A program made the position numbers and the translations under genes. From Christensenellaceae bacterium (lineage in GTDB: Bacteria; Bacillota; Clostridia; Christensenellales; Borkfalkiaceae): a DNA stretch of 64,000 nt. Under the pieces are notes generated by a model that was not told where the DNA came from, made no database searches, and saw only the letters and a list, made by a program, of their open reading frames with translations. Of the stretch, positions 26,156 to 35,434 are shown piece by piece. The stretch lies in the NCBI GenBank assembly GCA_045637865.1, contig JAZUAF010000009.1, forward strand, positions 1,059 through 65,058, written 5' to 3'. Position 1 is the first letter of the stretch. Each line of letters begins with the position of its first letter.

Positions 26156-27025
26156 ATGAAGAGTATGACGGGTTACGGCAGAGCTGATTATTCTGTCGAC
26201 GGAATAAATTTAACTGTAGAAATAAAAACCGTTAACAATCGTAATTTTGATTTTAACGCTAAGATGCCGAGGATTTTTATTTCCTTAGAGGACGCAATTA
26301 GAAAATGCGTGGGCGAATTCGTTAAAAGAGGCAGAGTAGACCTCTTTATCAATTTTTCCGACAGAAGGGAAAATAAAATGCCCGTAGAGGTTGATTTTGC
26401 TAAGGCTAAGGAATATTATGACGCGTTAAAGAGCATTTCCGAAAAGTTTAACGTTCCTTTCGATTGCACTGCATCCTTTCTTATGAAATCGCCTGACGTT
26501 TTGGTGGAAGAAATTAAAGCCGACGCAGAAGATTTTAAGGAGGCTGTGTTAGACACTGTTAAAAAGGCGTGTGAAAGCTTAAACGCTATGAGGTTTGTTG
26601 AAGGCGAAAAGTTAATTGCCGATATGCTTTCAAGAATGGAGGTTATAAGCGATTTAAGAGATAAAATTTCCCTCCGTGCTCCACTTGTTACTGCCGAGCA
26701 CAAGGAAAAGCTTCGCACAAGAATTGAAGAAGCTTTAGGTGACGTTAAGATTGACGAGGCAAGACTCTTAAATGAAGTTGCTTTCTACACGGACAAGGTT
26801 AATATAGATGAAGAATTAACCAGATTATCTTCTCACGTTGAGCAGTTTAAGAGTATTGTTAAAAAAGAAGGCGCAGGCAAAAAGCTTGATTTTTTAATGC
26901 AGGAATTTAATAGGGAAGCAAACACCATTTGTTCAAAATCAAACGACGTAGAAGTTACCTCTTTTGCTCTTTCGCTTAAAAATGAGATTGAAAAGGTAAG
27001 AGAACAGGTTCAGAATTTAGAATAG
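26156..27025 (+). CDS. yicC: YicC family stress-induced protein
   Basis: It has the MKSMTGYG N-terminus and the conserved C-terminal block EFNREANTICSKSND. Confidence 0.85.
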   Translation: MKSMTGYGRADYSVDGINLTVEIKTVNNRNFDFNAKMPRIFISLEDAIRKCVGEFVKRGRVDLFINFSDRRENKMPVEVDFAKAKEYYDALKSISEKFNVPFDCTASFLMKSPDVLVEEIKADAEDFKEAVLDTVKKACESLNAMRFVEGEKLIADMLSRMEVISDLRDKISLRAPLVTAEHKEKLRTRIEEALGDVKIDEARLLNEVAFYTDKVNIDEELTRLSSHVEQFKSIVKKEGAGKKLDFLMQEFNREANTICSKSNDVEVTSFALSLKNEIEKVREQVQNLE

Positions 27026-27026
27026 T

Positions 27027-27587
27027 ATGAGAAATTTGCTAGTTGTATTATCAGGACCGTCGGGAGTTGGGAAAGGCACGGTTGCAAAAAAATTAGTAGA
27101 AAGTGATAGAAATGTTGCCCTCAGTATTTCTTGCACCACGAGAAAGCCGAGAAAGGGCGAAGTGGACGGCAGAGAATACTTCTTTATAGATAAGGAGGAA
27201 TTCCTCTCTAAGGCTAACGAGGGTGGATTTTTAGAGTATTCAAATCATTTTGAAAATTATTACGGCACTCCAAAGGACTTCGTGCTTAAAATGTTAAAGG
27301 ATAAGGACGTTTTGCTTGAAATTGACGTGAACGGTGGGCTTGCTGTTAAGGAAAATTTCAAAGACGCTATTCTTATTATGCTTGAGCCTCCATCCGTCGA
27401 AGAGGTTAGAAAAAGGCTTATAAAGAGAAACACTGAGAGCGAAGAGAAAATAAATCTTCGAATGAAACGTATGGAGTTTGAACTTGAAAAGAGGGCTCTT
27501 TACGATTATTCGGTAGTAAACGACGACTTGAATAAAACGGTGGAAAACATCCGTGAAATAATAAATAAAGAAAAGAATAAGGAATAA
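27027..27587 (+). CDS. gmk: Guanylate kinase
   Basis: It has the P-loop GPSGVGKGT and the TTRKPRKGE GMP-binding block. Confidence 0.95.
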   Translation: MRNLLVVLSGPSGVGKGTVAKKLVESDRNVALSISCTTRKPRKGEVDGREYFFIDKEEFLSKANEGGFLEYSNHFENYYGTPKDFVLKMLKDKDVLLEIDVNGGLAVKENFKDAILIMLEPPSVEEVRKRLIKRNTESEEKINLRMKRMEFELEKRALYDYSVVNDDLNKTVENIREIINKEKNKE

Positions 27588-27609
27588 ACCTTAAAAAAGG
27601 AGAGATATA

Positions 27610-27813
27610 ATGATACATAAACCCCCAATTGATGAATTGACGGAAAAGGTTGGCTCAAAATACGCTCTTTGCGTTGTAACGAGTAAACGTGCAAGACAGC
27701 TTATGGAACAGGCTTCTAACCAAGGTCTTACCGAGCTTCCTGGCAATGAAAAGCCCCTTTCGATGGCTGCACAGGAAATTTACGACGGCAAACTTATTGC
27801 CACGAACGACTAG
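27610..27813 (+). CDS. rpoZ: DNA-directed RNA polymerase subunit omega
   Basis: 67 aa containing SKYALCVVTSKRARQL. It occupies the canonical position after gmk. Confidence 0.9.
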   Translation: MIHKPPIDELTEKVGSKYALCVVTSKRARQLMEQASNQGLTELPGNEKPLSMAAQEIYDGKLIATND

Positions 27814-27816
27814 CAA

Positions 27817-27858
27817 AAAATGCGTTGGGCAACAAGTCTAACGCATTTTAATTTTTTT
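27817..27858 (+). terminator. Intrinsic terminator after rpoZ
   Basis: 10-bp stem AAAATGCGTT (27817-27826) / AACGCATTTT (27840-27849) followed by a T-rich tract to 27858. Confidence 0.7.
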
Positions 27859-27860
27859 CA

Positions 27861-30065
27861 GTGAAATACGCACGGGTAATAGTCGACATCTCGCATTCCG
27901 AGGTCGATAAGGTTTTTGAATACAAGATTCTAGAAAGCTTGCGAGTAAAACTCGGAAGTAGAGTTTCCGTGCCTTTTGGTGGAAAAATAATTGAGGGCAT
28001 AGTAATAGACGTTGCCGATAAATGCGAATATGCCCCTGAAAAAATCAAAGATATAATTGGTGTTTTAGAAGAAACTCCTGCCTTAACTAAAGAAACGCTT
28101 GCGTTATCTGAATATATCAGTAAAAATTGTTTTGTTACTAGAGCTTTAGCGCTTAGACTATTTCTGCCTAGTGAAATGCGCAAGGGTAAGGTTAGGGAGC
28201 AGTTTATTCTATGCTATAAATTATCAGAGGACTTCGATTTAGAAACAGTTAAATTAGAGCTTAGAAAGTCTGCCGTAAAGCAGAGGGAACTTTTAGAATA
28301 TTTAAGCCAAGTAGGTAATGAAAGGAATTCAGTTTTAAGCGAGAGATTCGGTGCTTCTGCAGTGAAGGGGGCAGAGAAGAAAGGCTACATTGTTTCCTAT
28401 AGGGAAAAAAGACAAAGAACACCCTATCAAGAGCTAAAGAGGGATAAAAAGAATATTACCCTAACAAGTAAACAATTAGAAGCAATCGAGAGCATAGAAA
28501 AAACGCCTAAAAGCACGACGCTTATTTTCGGCGTTACGGGGTCTGGTAAGACGGAAATATACCTAGAGCTTATAAACAAGACTATTGGAGAGGGGAAAAC
28601 GGCTATAATGCTAGTGCCTGAAATTTCCTTGACTCCACAAATGTTAACCCAGCTTCGCCAAAGGTTCGGCGAAAATGCCGCGATACTTCACAGTGGACTT
28701 TCTGCAGGGGAAAGATTTGACGAGTGGTGGAGAATTCGCACGGCGGAAGCAAAAATCGTTATCGGTGCTAGAAGCGCAGTTTTTGCTCCAGTGGAAAACT
28801 TAGGACTTATCGTGATTGACGAGGAGCACGACGGTAGTTATTCAAGTGAATCTGCCCCAAGATATTCAACGATAGACGTTGCCCTCTTCCGTGCTGAATA
28901 TAACGGCGCAAAGATTGTTCTAGGCAGTGCAACACCTGCTGTTGAAAGCTACCTAAAGGCTAAAGAGGGCGAATATAACCTCGTAACCTTAACGGACAGA
29001 ATAAATAAAAGACCTCTTCCCGACATTGAGACGGTGGATATGAAAAAGGAAATTAGAGCAGGCAATGCTTCTCCTTTTTCAAGGGCGTTAAAATACGAGC
29101 TTGAAGAATGCTTAAATAAGGGCAATCAAGCGATAATTTTCTTGAACCAAAGGGGGTTTTCAAGGTCGGTTATTTGCACTGAGTGTGGGCACGTTCAAAA
29201 GTGCTCTTCGTGTGACGTTTCTTTAACCTACCATAAAGAGGACGAATCACTGCTTTGCCATTATTGTGGCGCAAAATACAAAATGATTACTGCTTGCACT
29301 GAGTGTGGAAGCACCTTTATTAGATACGGTGGAACGGGCACGGAAAGGGTGGTGGCAGAACTTCAAAAGCTGTTCCCTAGTGCAAGAATTCTTCGTATGG
29401 ATAGGGACACTGCGCAAACCAAGGAGGGGCATTTTAAGATTCTTTCAGGGTTTGCAGAAAAAAAGGCAGACATTTTGGTTGGCACGCAAATGGTATCTAA
29501 AGGTCACGATTTTCCTTCGGTTACCTTAGTTGGCATACTTGACGCTGATATGAGCCTCCATTTTTCCGATTTTAAGAGTGCTGAGCGTACCTTTCAGCTT
29601 CTAACTCAAGTCTCGGGAAGAAGTGGCAGGGCAGAAGAGTGTGGAAAGGTAATTCTGCAAACTTATTCTCCTGACCACCCTGTGTTAGTTAGGGCGATAA
29701 ATTATGATTATGAAGGCTTTTTCGAACACGAGATTTCGGTGAGAAAAGCAACGGCATTTCCACCGTTTTCCGATATTTTAAGGGTGCTTATCTCCTCTAG
29801 TGACGAGCAAAAAGCACTTGAAGCTACAAAGAGTGTTCACGATGAGCTCAAGAAAATTTTCGAGGCGAATAGAGATAAATTTAGATTTTTTGGGTGCATG
29901 AAAGCGCCACTTAAAAAGCTTCAAGGTAAATTTAGATACCAAGTATTAATGAGGCTTGATAGAGACAATAAAGATTTGATAGCACAGGTGTTTAAGGCTT
30001 CTGATAAATATAACGATAGATTTTCTTCAGTGCACCTTGAAGTTAATCCAAACAACTTAACCTAA
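27861..30065 (+). CDS. priA: Primosomal protein N' (replication restart helicase PriA)
   Basis: GTG start. Motifs include Walker A GVTGSGKTE, DEEH, and a Cys-rich zinc insertion (CTECGHVQKCSSCDVSLTYH...CHYCG). Confidence 0.9.
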   Translation: MKYARVIVDISHSEVDKVFEYKILESLRVKLGSRVSVPFGGKIIEGIVIDVADKCEYAPEKIKDIIGVLEETPALTKETLALSEYISKNCFVTRALALRLFLPSEMRKGKVREQFILCYKLSEDFDLETVKLELRKSAVKQRELLEYLSQVGNERNSVLSERFGASAVKGAEKKGYIVSYREKRQRTPYQELKRDKKNITLTSKQLEAIESIEKTPKSTTLIFGVTGSGKTEIYLELINKTIGEGKTAIMLVPEISLTPQMLTQLRQRFGENAAILHSGLSAGERFDEWWRIRTAEAKIVIGARSAVFAPVENLGLIVIDEEHDGSYSSESAPRYSTIDVALFRAEYNGAKIVLGSATPAVESYLKAKEGEYNLVTLTDRINKRPLPDIETVDMKKEIRAGNASPFSRALKYELEECLNKGNQAIIFLNQRGFSRSVICTECGHVQKCSSCDVSLTYHKEDESLLCHYCGAKYKMITACTECGSTFIRYGGTGTERVVAELQKLFPSARILRMDRDTAQTKEGHFKILSGFAEKKADILVGTQMVSKGHDFPSVTLVGILDADMSLHFSDFKSAERTFQLLTQVSGRSGRAEECGKVILQTYSPDHPVLVRAINYDYEGFFEHEISVRKATAFPPFSDILRVLISSSDEQKALEATKSVHDELKKIFEANRDKFRFFGCMKAPLKKLQGKFRYQVLMRLDRDNKDLIAQVFKASDKYNDRFSSVHLEVNPNNLT

Positions 30066-30075
30066 AGGAGAAATT

Positions 30076-30528
30076 ATGGCAATTAGAAATATAGTACAGA
30101 TGGGTGATGAAACGTTGAGAAAAAAATGTTTTGAGGTTACCTCTTTTGATGAGAAGCTTCACACCCTTTTAGACGATATGAAGGATACGCTTGACGCTAG
30201 TGGTGGCGTTGGACTTGCAGCGCCTCAGGTAGGTGTTTTAAGGCGTATATTTCTAGTTAAATACGAGGGGTATTTCTTTGAGTGTATAAACCCCAAAATG
30301 CTTGAAATGAAGGGAAAATGCACTGATAGAGAGGGGTGTCTCTCCGTTAAAGGCATGAGTGGCGACGTTGAGAGACCGACAAAGCTTAGAATTTCCTTTC
30401 AGGATAGATATGGCAAAACGCAAACGTTAAAAATTTCAGGATATTTAGCAAGAATTTTTTGCCACGAGTACGACCATTTGGATGGTATTTTATATATAGA
30501 CAAAGCTAAAAACGTTGTGGGAGAATAA
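30076..30528 (+). CDS. def: Peptide deformylase
   Basis: Motifs GLAAPQVG, EGCLS and HEYDHLDG are present. Confidence 0.95.
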   Translation: MAIRNIVQMGDETLRKKCFEVTSFDEKLHTLLDDMKDTLDASGGVGLAAPQVGVLRRIFLVKYEGYFFECINPKMLEMKGKCTDREGCLSVKGMSGDVERPTKLRISFQDRYGKTQTLKISGYLARIFCHEYDHLDGILYIDKAKNVVGE

Positions 30529-31449
30529 ATGAGAATAGTATATCTCGGCACGCCTGATTTTGCTGTTAAACCGTTTGAGAAGATTTTCTCTATGGAAAAT
30601 ATGGAAATCGTGGCAGTCGTTACAAATAAAGACAAGCCTGTTGGAAGAAAACAAATTCTAACTGCTCCACCAGTTAAGGTTAAAGCAGAGGAGTTTGGTG
30701 TTCCCGTGTTGCAGTATTCTAAAATTAGGCTAGAGGGAGTGGAGGACTTAAAGTCTTTAACACCAGACCTAATGATTACTTGTGCATTTGGGCAGATTTT
30801 ATCTCAGGAAATTTTAGACATTCCAAAATACGGTGTAATAAATATACACGCTTCACTTCTTCCAAAATACAGGGGCGCTTCGCCCATAAATTACGCTATA
30901 CTAAACGGCGAAAAAACAACTGGTATAACCGTAATGAAAACGGATATCGGCATTGATACCGGTGATATGATTTACAAAAGGGAAATTGCTATCGGGGAGG
31001 AAGAAACTGCTGGAGAGCTTTTTTGTAGACTTTCCGTTTTGGGTGCAGAGTGTATCGAAAAAGTGCTTATCGATTTGTTAAATGGAAAGGTTACGTTAGA
31101 AAAGCAAGTTGATAGCGAGGCAACCTACACTAAAATAATAAAAAAAGAAATGGCGAAGATTGATTTTAATAAGAGTGCAAGTGAAGTGGTAAATCAAATT
31201 CGTGCCTTTAATCCTTCACCCGTTGCATACACCTTTTATAATGGTGAAATTTTTAAGATTTACAAAGCTAGGGAGACGGAAGAAACTGGCACTCCGGGAA
31301 CTGTTATACAATCGGATAAGAGGCTAGTGGTAGCTTGTGGAGAGGGGGCAGTAGAACTTCTAAAAGTGCAAAAATGTGGTGGAAAGCCACTTGAAATAAA
31401 GGATTTTCTTGCCGGCAACAAGTTACCCTTAGGAACGGAATTTAAATGA
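30529..31449 (+). CDS. fmt: Methionyl-tRNA formyltransferase
   Basis: It contains HASLLPKYRGASPI and has the formyltransferase N and C domains. It abuts def. Confidence 0.95.
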   Translation: MRIVYLGTPDFAVKPFEKIFSMENMEIVAVVTNKDKPVGRKQILTAPPVKVKAEEFGVPVLQYSKIRLEGVEDLKSLTPDLMITCAFGQILSQEILDIPKYGVINIHASLLPKYRGASPINYAILNGEKTTGITVMKTDIGIDTGDMIYKREIAIGEEETAGELFCRLSVLGAECIEKVLIDLLNGKVTLEKQVDSEATYTKIIKKEMAKIDFNKSASEVVNQIRAFNPSPVAYTFYNGEIFKIYKARETEETGTPGTVIQSDKRLVVACGEGAVELLKVQKCGGKPLEIKDFLAGNKLPLGTEFK

Positions 31450-32690
31450 TAAATTATATATACGATTGCTATACCATTTTAAACAAGGTATATAGTGAGA
31501 AGACCTATATAAAGCAAGCGATTTCTTCTACTGTAATCGAGGAGAAAAACAGGGCACTGACGATTAAAACGTGCTATGGTGTTTTGGATAAAGATATTGA
31601 ACTTTCCTACTACATATCATTGCTTACTGAAAAAACGCCAAAGCTTGCAATTAGAACGGTGTTGAAAGTTTCTATGTATGCAATAAAATATCTCGGTAAA
31701 AAGGGTTACGCTGTCACGGAAAATGCTGTTGCCTTAGTTAAAAAACTTGGGAAAAAAGGTGCATCTGGCTTTGTGAATGCTTTCTTAAGGAAATTTTTAA
31801 CTACTGAAATATCTTTCCCCGAGGAAGATGTTAAATTTCTTTCGTGTAAGTATTCCTATCCAGAGTTTGCAGTAAAAGAATTGATTGCCGATTACGGTAG
31901 AGAAACTGCTGAAGAAATTATAGCTTCTGAAAATGCAAAGACTACTGTTTGTTTCTATGGTGTAAACGGAGAAAATTTTTTAAAGGAAAAAGGCGTAAGT
32001 TATGAAAAAACCCCTTTTGATAACGTGTTTACAGCAAGAAATTTTGTGAGAGATGAGGGGTTTGATAAAGGAATATACACCTTTCAAGCGCTTGGCTCGG
32101 TTGCCATTTGCGACGTGGTGAAAGAGGGAGAAAGTCTCCTAGATTGTTGCTCTGCTCCAGGTGGAAAAAGCGTAAGGCTGGCTAGTAAATTTAACAAGAT
32201 TACCTCGTGGGATATTCACCCGCACAGAGTTGAGCTTATTACAGCTTATAAGACACGTATGGGTATTAAAAATATCACTGAAGAGGTTAAAAATGCCGAG
32301 CAGTTTTATCCGGAGTGGGAAGAGCGTTTTGACGCTGTTTTATGCGACGCGCCTTGTTCGGGACTCGGTGTGGTCAACGATAACCCCGACATTAAGCTTA
32401 ATAGAACAAAAGAGAATGTTGCAGAGCTTAATAGTACGCAATATTCTATACTAGACACTGTTAAAAAATACGTTAAAAAGGGTGGGTATTTGTATTACTC
32501 CACTTGTTCCGTATTGAAGTGTGAAAACGATGAAATTATAAAAAGGTTCCTAAAAGAAAACGAAAATTTCAAAATTAGTGAAATTGATTCTAAATTAGAA
32601 CACGTTAAAACCCCGTACGGGCTTCAGTATTTGCCACACCTATCGGGTGGGCTAGGGTTTTTCGTAACTGCCTTAAAAAAGGGAGAGTAG
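31446..32690 (+). CDS. rsmB: 16S rRNA (cytosine-C5)-methyltransferase RsmB
   Basis: It has a NusB-like N domain and a SAM MTase with the catalytic CDAPCSGLG and TCS motifs. It overlaps fmt by 4 nt. Confidence 0.85.
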   Translation: MINYIYDCYTILNKVYSEKTYIKQAISSTVIEEKNRALTIKTCYGVLDKDIELSYYISLLTEKTPKLAIRTVLKVSMYAIKYLGKKGYAVTENAVALVKKLGKKGASGFVNAFLRKFLTTEISFPEEDVKFLSCKYSYPEFAVKELIADYGRETAEEIIASENAKTTVCFYGVNGENFLKEKGVSYEKTPFDNVFTARNFVRDEGFDKGIYTFQALGSVAICDVVKEGESLLDCCSAPGGKSVRLASKFNKITSWDIHPHRVELITAYKTRMGIKNITEEVKNAEQFYPEWEERFDAVLCDAPCSGLGVVNDNPDIKLNRTKENVAELNSTQYSILDTVKKYVKKGGYLYYSTCSVLKCENDEIIKRFLKENENFKISEIDSKLEHVKTPYGLQYLPHLSGGLGFFVTALKKGE

Positions 32691-32691
32691 T

Positions 32692-33750
32692 TTGAAAGAA
32701 AGTCTTTTATCCTTTTCCAGAGAGGAAATTAAAAACTTAATAGTAGAAGAATTTAATGAAAAACCCTTCCGTGCAGGGCAAATATTTAAGGCGCTACATT
32801 TAGGCACTTCTTTTGCCGATATGACCGAACTTTCAAAGCCGTTAAGGGAGGCTTTGTCGGAAAAGTATTTAGCTTGCCCCGTAAACATAATTAAAACGCT
32901 AAAATCTATAGACGGCACGGAGAAGTTTTTATTTTCCTTGGCAGACGGAAACGTCGTTGAGGGCGTTTTAATGAGGTATAAACACGGTGCAAGCCTTTGT
33001 ATTTCCACACAAGTTGGGTGCAGGATGAATTGCGCATTTTGTGCTTCTGGGCTGGAGGGGTTAATAAGAAACCTCACGGTAGGTGAAATACTTGGAGAAG
33101 TAATTGCAGTAAATTCCTATCTCAAGGGTGGACTTGGTGAAAAGAGAGAGGTGATTAACGTTGTGCTTATGGGCAGTGGAGAGCCTCTTGACAATTACGA
33201 TAACGTTGTAAAATTCTTAAAATTACTATCGGCTGAGGGTGGCATAAATATAAGCCAAAGAAACGTTAGCTTATCAACCTCGGGGTTGGTTAATAAAATG
33301 TATGATTTAGCTGACGAGGGGTTGTCTATAAACTTAACGGTATCTCTGCACTCTCCTTTCGACAGTGAAAGACAAAAGATTATGCCCGTAGCAAAGAAAT
33401 ATTCAATAGCAGAAATTTTATCTGCTTGCAAGAACTATTTTGAGAAAACAGGCAGAAGATATATTTTTGAGTACGTTTTAATAAAAGGTGAAAACGATAC
33501 GCAAAGGCATGCTGACGAGCTTATAAGATTACTTAAAGGTAGACCTTGCCACGTAAATCTAATTCGACTTAACGAGGTTAAAGAAAAAGACCTTAAGGGA
33601 GGCACTGAAAAAGAGGCTTATAGGTTTATGGGGGCATTGGAAAGAGGTGGAATTTCAGCTACCGTTAGAAGAAAAATGGGTGAGGATATAGACGGGGCTT
33701 GTGGACAGCTTCGCCGTAGATATTTGGAAGAATCGGAGGACGTTTCTTGA
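32692..33750 (+). CDS. rlmN: 23S rRNA/tRNA (adenine-C2)-methyltransferase RlmN (radical SAM)
   Basis: It has the radical-SAM cluster CRMNCAFCAS and the conserved C-terminal GACGQL. TTG start. Confidence 0.9.
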   Translation: MKESLLSFSREEIKNLIVEEFNEKPFRAGQIFKALHLGTSFADMTELSKPLREALSEKYLACPVNIIKTLKSIDGTEKFLFSLADGNVVEGVLMRYKHGASLCISTQVGCRMNCAFCASGLEGLIRNLTVGEILGEVIAVNSYLKGGLGEKREVINVVLMGSGEPLDNYDNVVKFLKLLSAEGGINISQRNVSLSTSGLVNKMYDLADEGLSINLTVSLHSPFDSERQKIMPVAKKYSIAEILSACKNYFEKTGRRYIFEYVLIKGENDTQRHADELIRLLKGRPCHVNLIRLNEVKEKDLKGGTEKEAYRFMGALERGGISATVRRKMGEDIDGACGQLRRRYLEESEDVS

Positions 33751-34595
33751 AAGGAAGATTGATAAAAGTCTGCTCGGATGGGTACACCGTAAGAGCTCAA
33801 GGAATTGATTATCCTTGTAGGGCTAGAGGAAGGCTAAGACTGATGGCAGAAGGGCTTGCCGTTGGCGACTATGTGGAAATGGAAAATAGCGTTATAACTA
33901 AGGTTTATGAGCGTAAAAATTCTCTTATTAGACCTAGGGTTTCAAATATTGACGCAGCCGTGATTGTAATTGCTGGTGAGCCTAAGCCCGACTATTATCT
34001 AGTTGACAAGGTATTAATCGCCTCTAACAAACTTGGAATTGAAACGCTTATTGCCGTAAACAAAAGCGATAGAAATTCTGGGTTATATAATGAAGTTTTA
34101 TCGCAGTATAAAAGCGTTTGTGAGATTATAGAGGTTTCAGCAAAAGAGAATCTTGGTACGGATAAGTTAAAGGAATTCTTGCGTGGAAGAACGGTGGTTT
34201 TAGCAGGTCAAAGCGCAGTTGGGAAAACCTCGCTTATTAACGCCATTTTCTCCCTTGACTTAAGGGTGGGAGAGCTGAGCGAAAAGATAGCTAGGGGCAG
34301 ACACACGACGACCTATTCTGAAATATTTGAAAAGGACGGGATGTGCGTTATTGATTCTCCCGGCTTTGCCGTTATTGAAGCAGAAGTGACGGAAGAGGAA
34401 CTTCCTTCTCTGTATCCGGAATATTTAGAATACGCAGTCGAGTGCCGTTTTAGGGGGTGCACACACCTTTCTGAGCCAGAGTGCGCAGTTGCAAAGGCTG
34501 TGGAAGAGGGAAAACTCTCTTATGAGAGATATATAAGATACAAAGAAATTATTACTGATATAAAAAATAGGAGAAAAAATTATGGCAAAAATTAA
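33747..34595 (+). CDS. rsgA: Ribosome small-subunit-dependent GTPase A
   Basis: It has a circularly permuted GTPase (NKSD, AGQSAVGKTSL) and a zinc knuckle CRFRGCTHLSEPEC. TTG start overlapping rlmN by 4 nt. Confidence 0.9.
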   Translation: MKGRLIKVCSDGYTVRAQGIDYPCRARGRLRLMAEGLAVGDYVEMENSVITKVYERKNSLIRPRVSNIDAAVIVIAGEPKPDYYLVDKVLIASNKLGIETLIAVNKSDRNSGLYNEVLSQYKSVCEIIEVSAKENLGTDKLKEFLRGRTVVLAGQSAVGKTSLINAIFSLDLRVGELSEKIARGRHTTTYSEIFEKDGMCVIDSPGFAVIEAEVTEEELPSLYPEYLEYAVECRFRGCTHLSEPECAVAKAVEEGKLSYERYIRYKEIITDIKNRRKNYGKN

Positions 34596-35235
34596 AATTG
34601 CGCCGTCAATGTTATCGGCAGATTTTGCAAAATTCGGTGAGGAAGTAAAAAGTATTACCGAGGCAGGAGCAGAGCTTTTACACCTCGATGTTATGGACGG
34701 AGTTTTCGTTAAAAATATTTCCTTCGGTCCAAAATTCATTAAAGAGGCGAGACCTTATTCAAACGCCATTTTCGATGCTCACCTTATGATTGTTGAGCCT
34801 TGGAAGTATATTGAAAGGTTTGCTGATGCGGGTTCGGATATTATAACCGTTCACTACGAAGCGTGCAAGGATAGATTAAAAGATACCTTAAAGGAAATTA
34901 AAGACCTTGGAGTAAAGTGTGGCGCAGTTATCAACCCCGGCACGCCCGTTTCTGCCATTAAAAACGTTATTGAAGAATGCGATATGATTCTTTTGATGAG
35001 CGTTTTTCCTGGGTTTGGAGGGCAGAAATTTATTCCTGAGGTGCTTGCTAAGATTAAGGAAGCAAGGGCGCTTATTAATAGCACCGGAAAGGATATTGAC
35101 TTAGAAATTGACGGTGGAATTAACGAGGAAAATATTGAAGCTGTAAAAGAGGCTGGTGCAAACGTAATCGTTGCTGGAAGCACGGTATTTAAGTACGAGG
35201 ATAGAAAATTTATTATTGATAAGCTTCGTGGTTAA
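34582..35235 (+). CDS. rpe: Ribulose-phosphate 3-epimerase
   Basis: It contains PSMLSADF, HLDVMDG and DGGIN blocks in the canonical position after rsgA. Confidence 0.95.
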   Translation: MAKIKIAPSMLSADFAKFGEEVKSITEAGAELLHLDVMDGVFVKNISFGPKFIKEARPYSNAIFDAHLMIVEPWKYIERFADAGSDIITVHYEACKDRLKDTLKEIKDLGVKCGAVINPGTPVSAIKNVIEECDMILLMSVFPGFGGQKFIPEVLAKIKEARALINSTGKDIDLEIDGGINEENIEAVKEAGANVIVAGSTVFKYEDRKFIIDKLRG

Positions 35236-35291
35236 TAATTATTGTCAAAAATACGGTGTTACGGCATATACTTAAGTTAAAGAGGTGAATT

Positions 35292-35372
35292 ATGAGAATA
35301 TGCTGTATCAAACCACCGATGATAATAAGAAAAATTTTAAGATTTTTCTTTTGCAGTAAGGAAAAAAATTAG
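35292..35372 (+). CDS. Speculative 26-aa small ORF (MRICCIKPPMIIRKILRFFFCSKEKN)
   Basis: A strong RBS AAAGAGGTGA ends 5 nt before the ATG. The ORF lies between rpe and a bidirectional terminator. There is no homology basis. Confidence 0.2.
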   Translation: MRICCIKPPMIIRKILRFFFCSKEKN

Positions 35373-35385
35373 TTGAAAAGTAAAA

Positions 35386-35416
35386 CAAAAACCCAACCGA
35401 TTCGGTTGGGTTTTTA
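35386..35416. terminator. Bidirectional intrinsic terminator
   Basis: ACCCAACCGA (35391-35400) / TCGGTTGGGT (35402-35411), flanked by an A-run and a T-run. Confidence 0.85.
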
Positions 35417-35434
35417 ACCTTTTATTTAGTTTTT

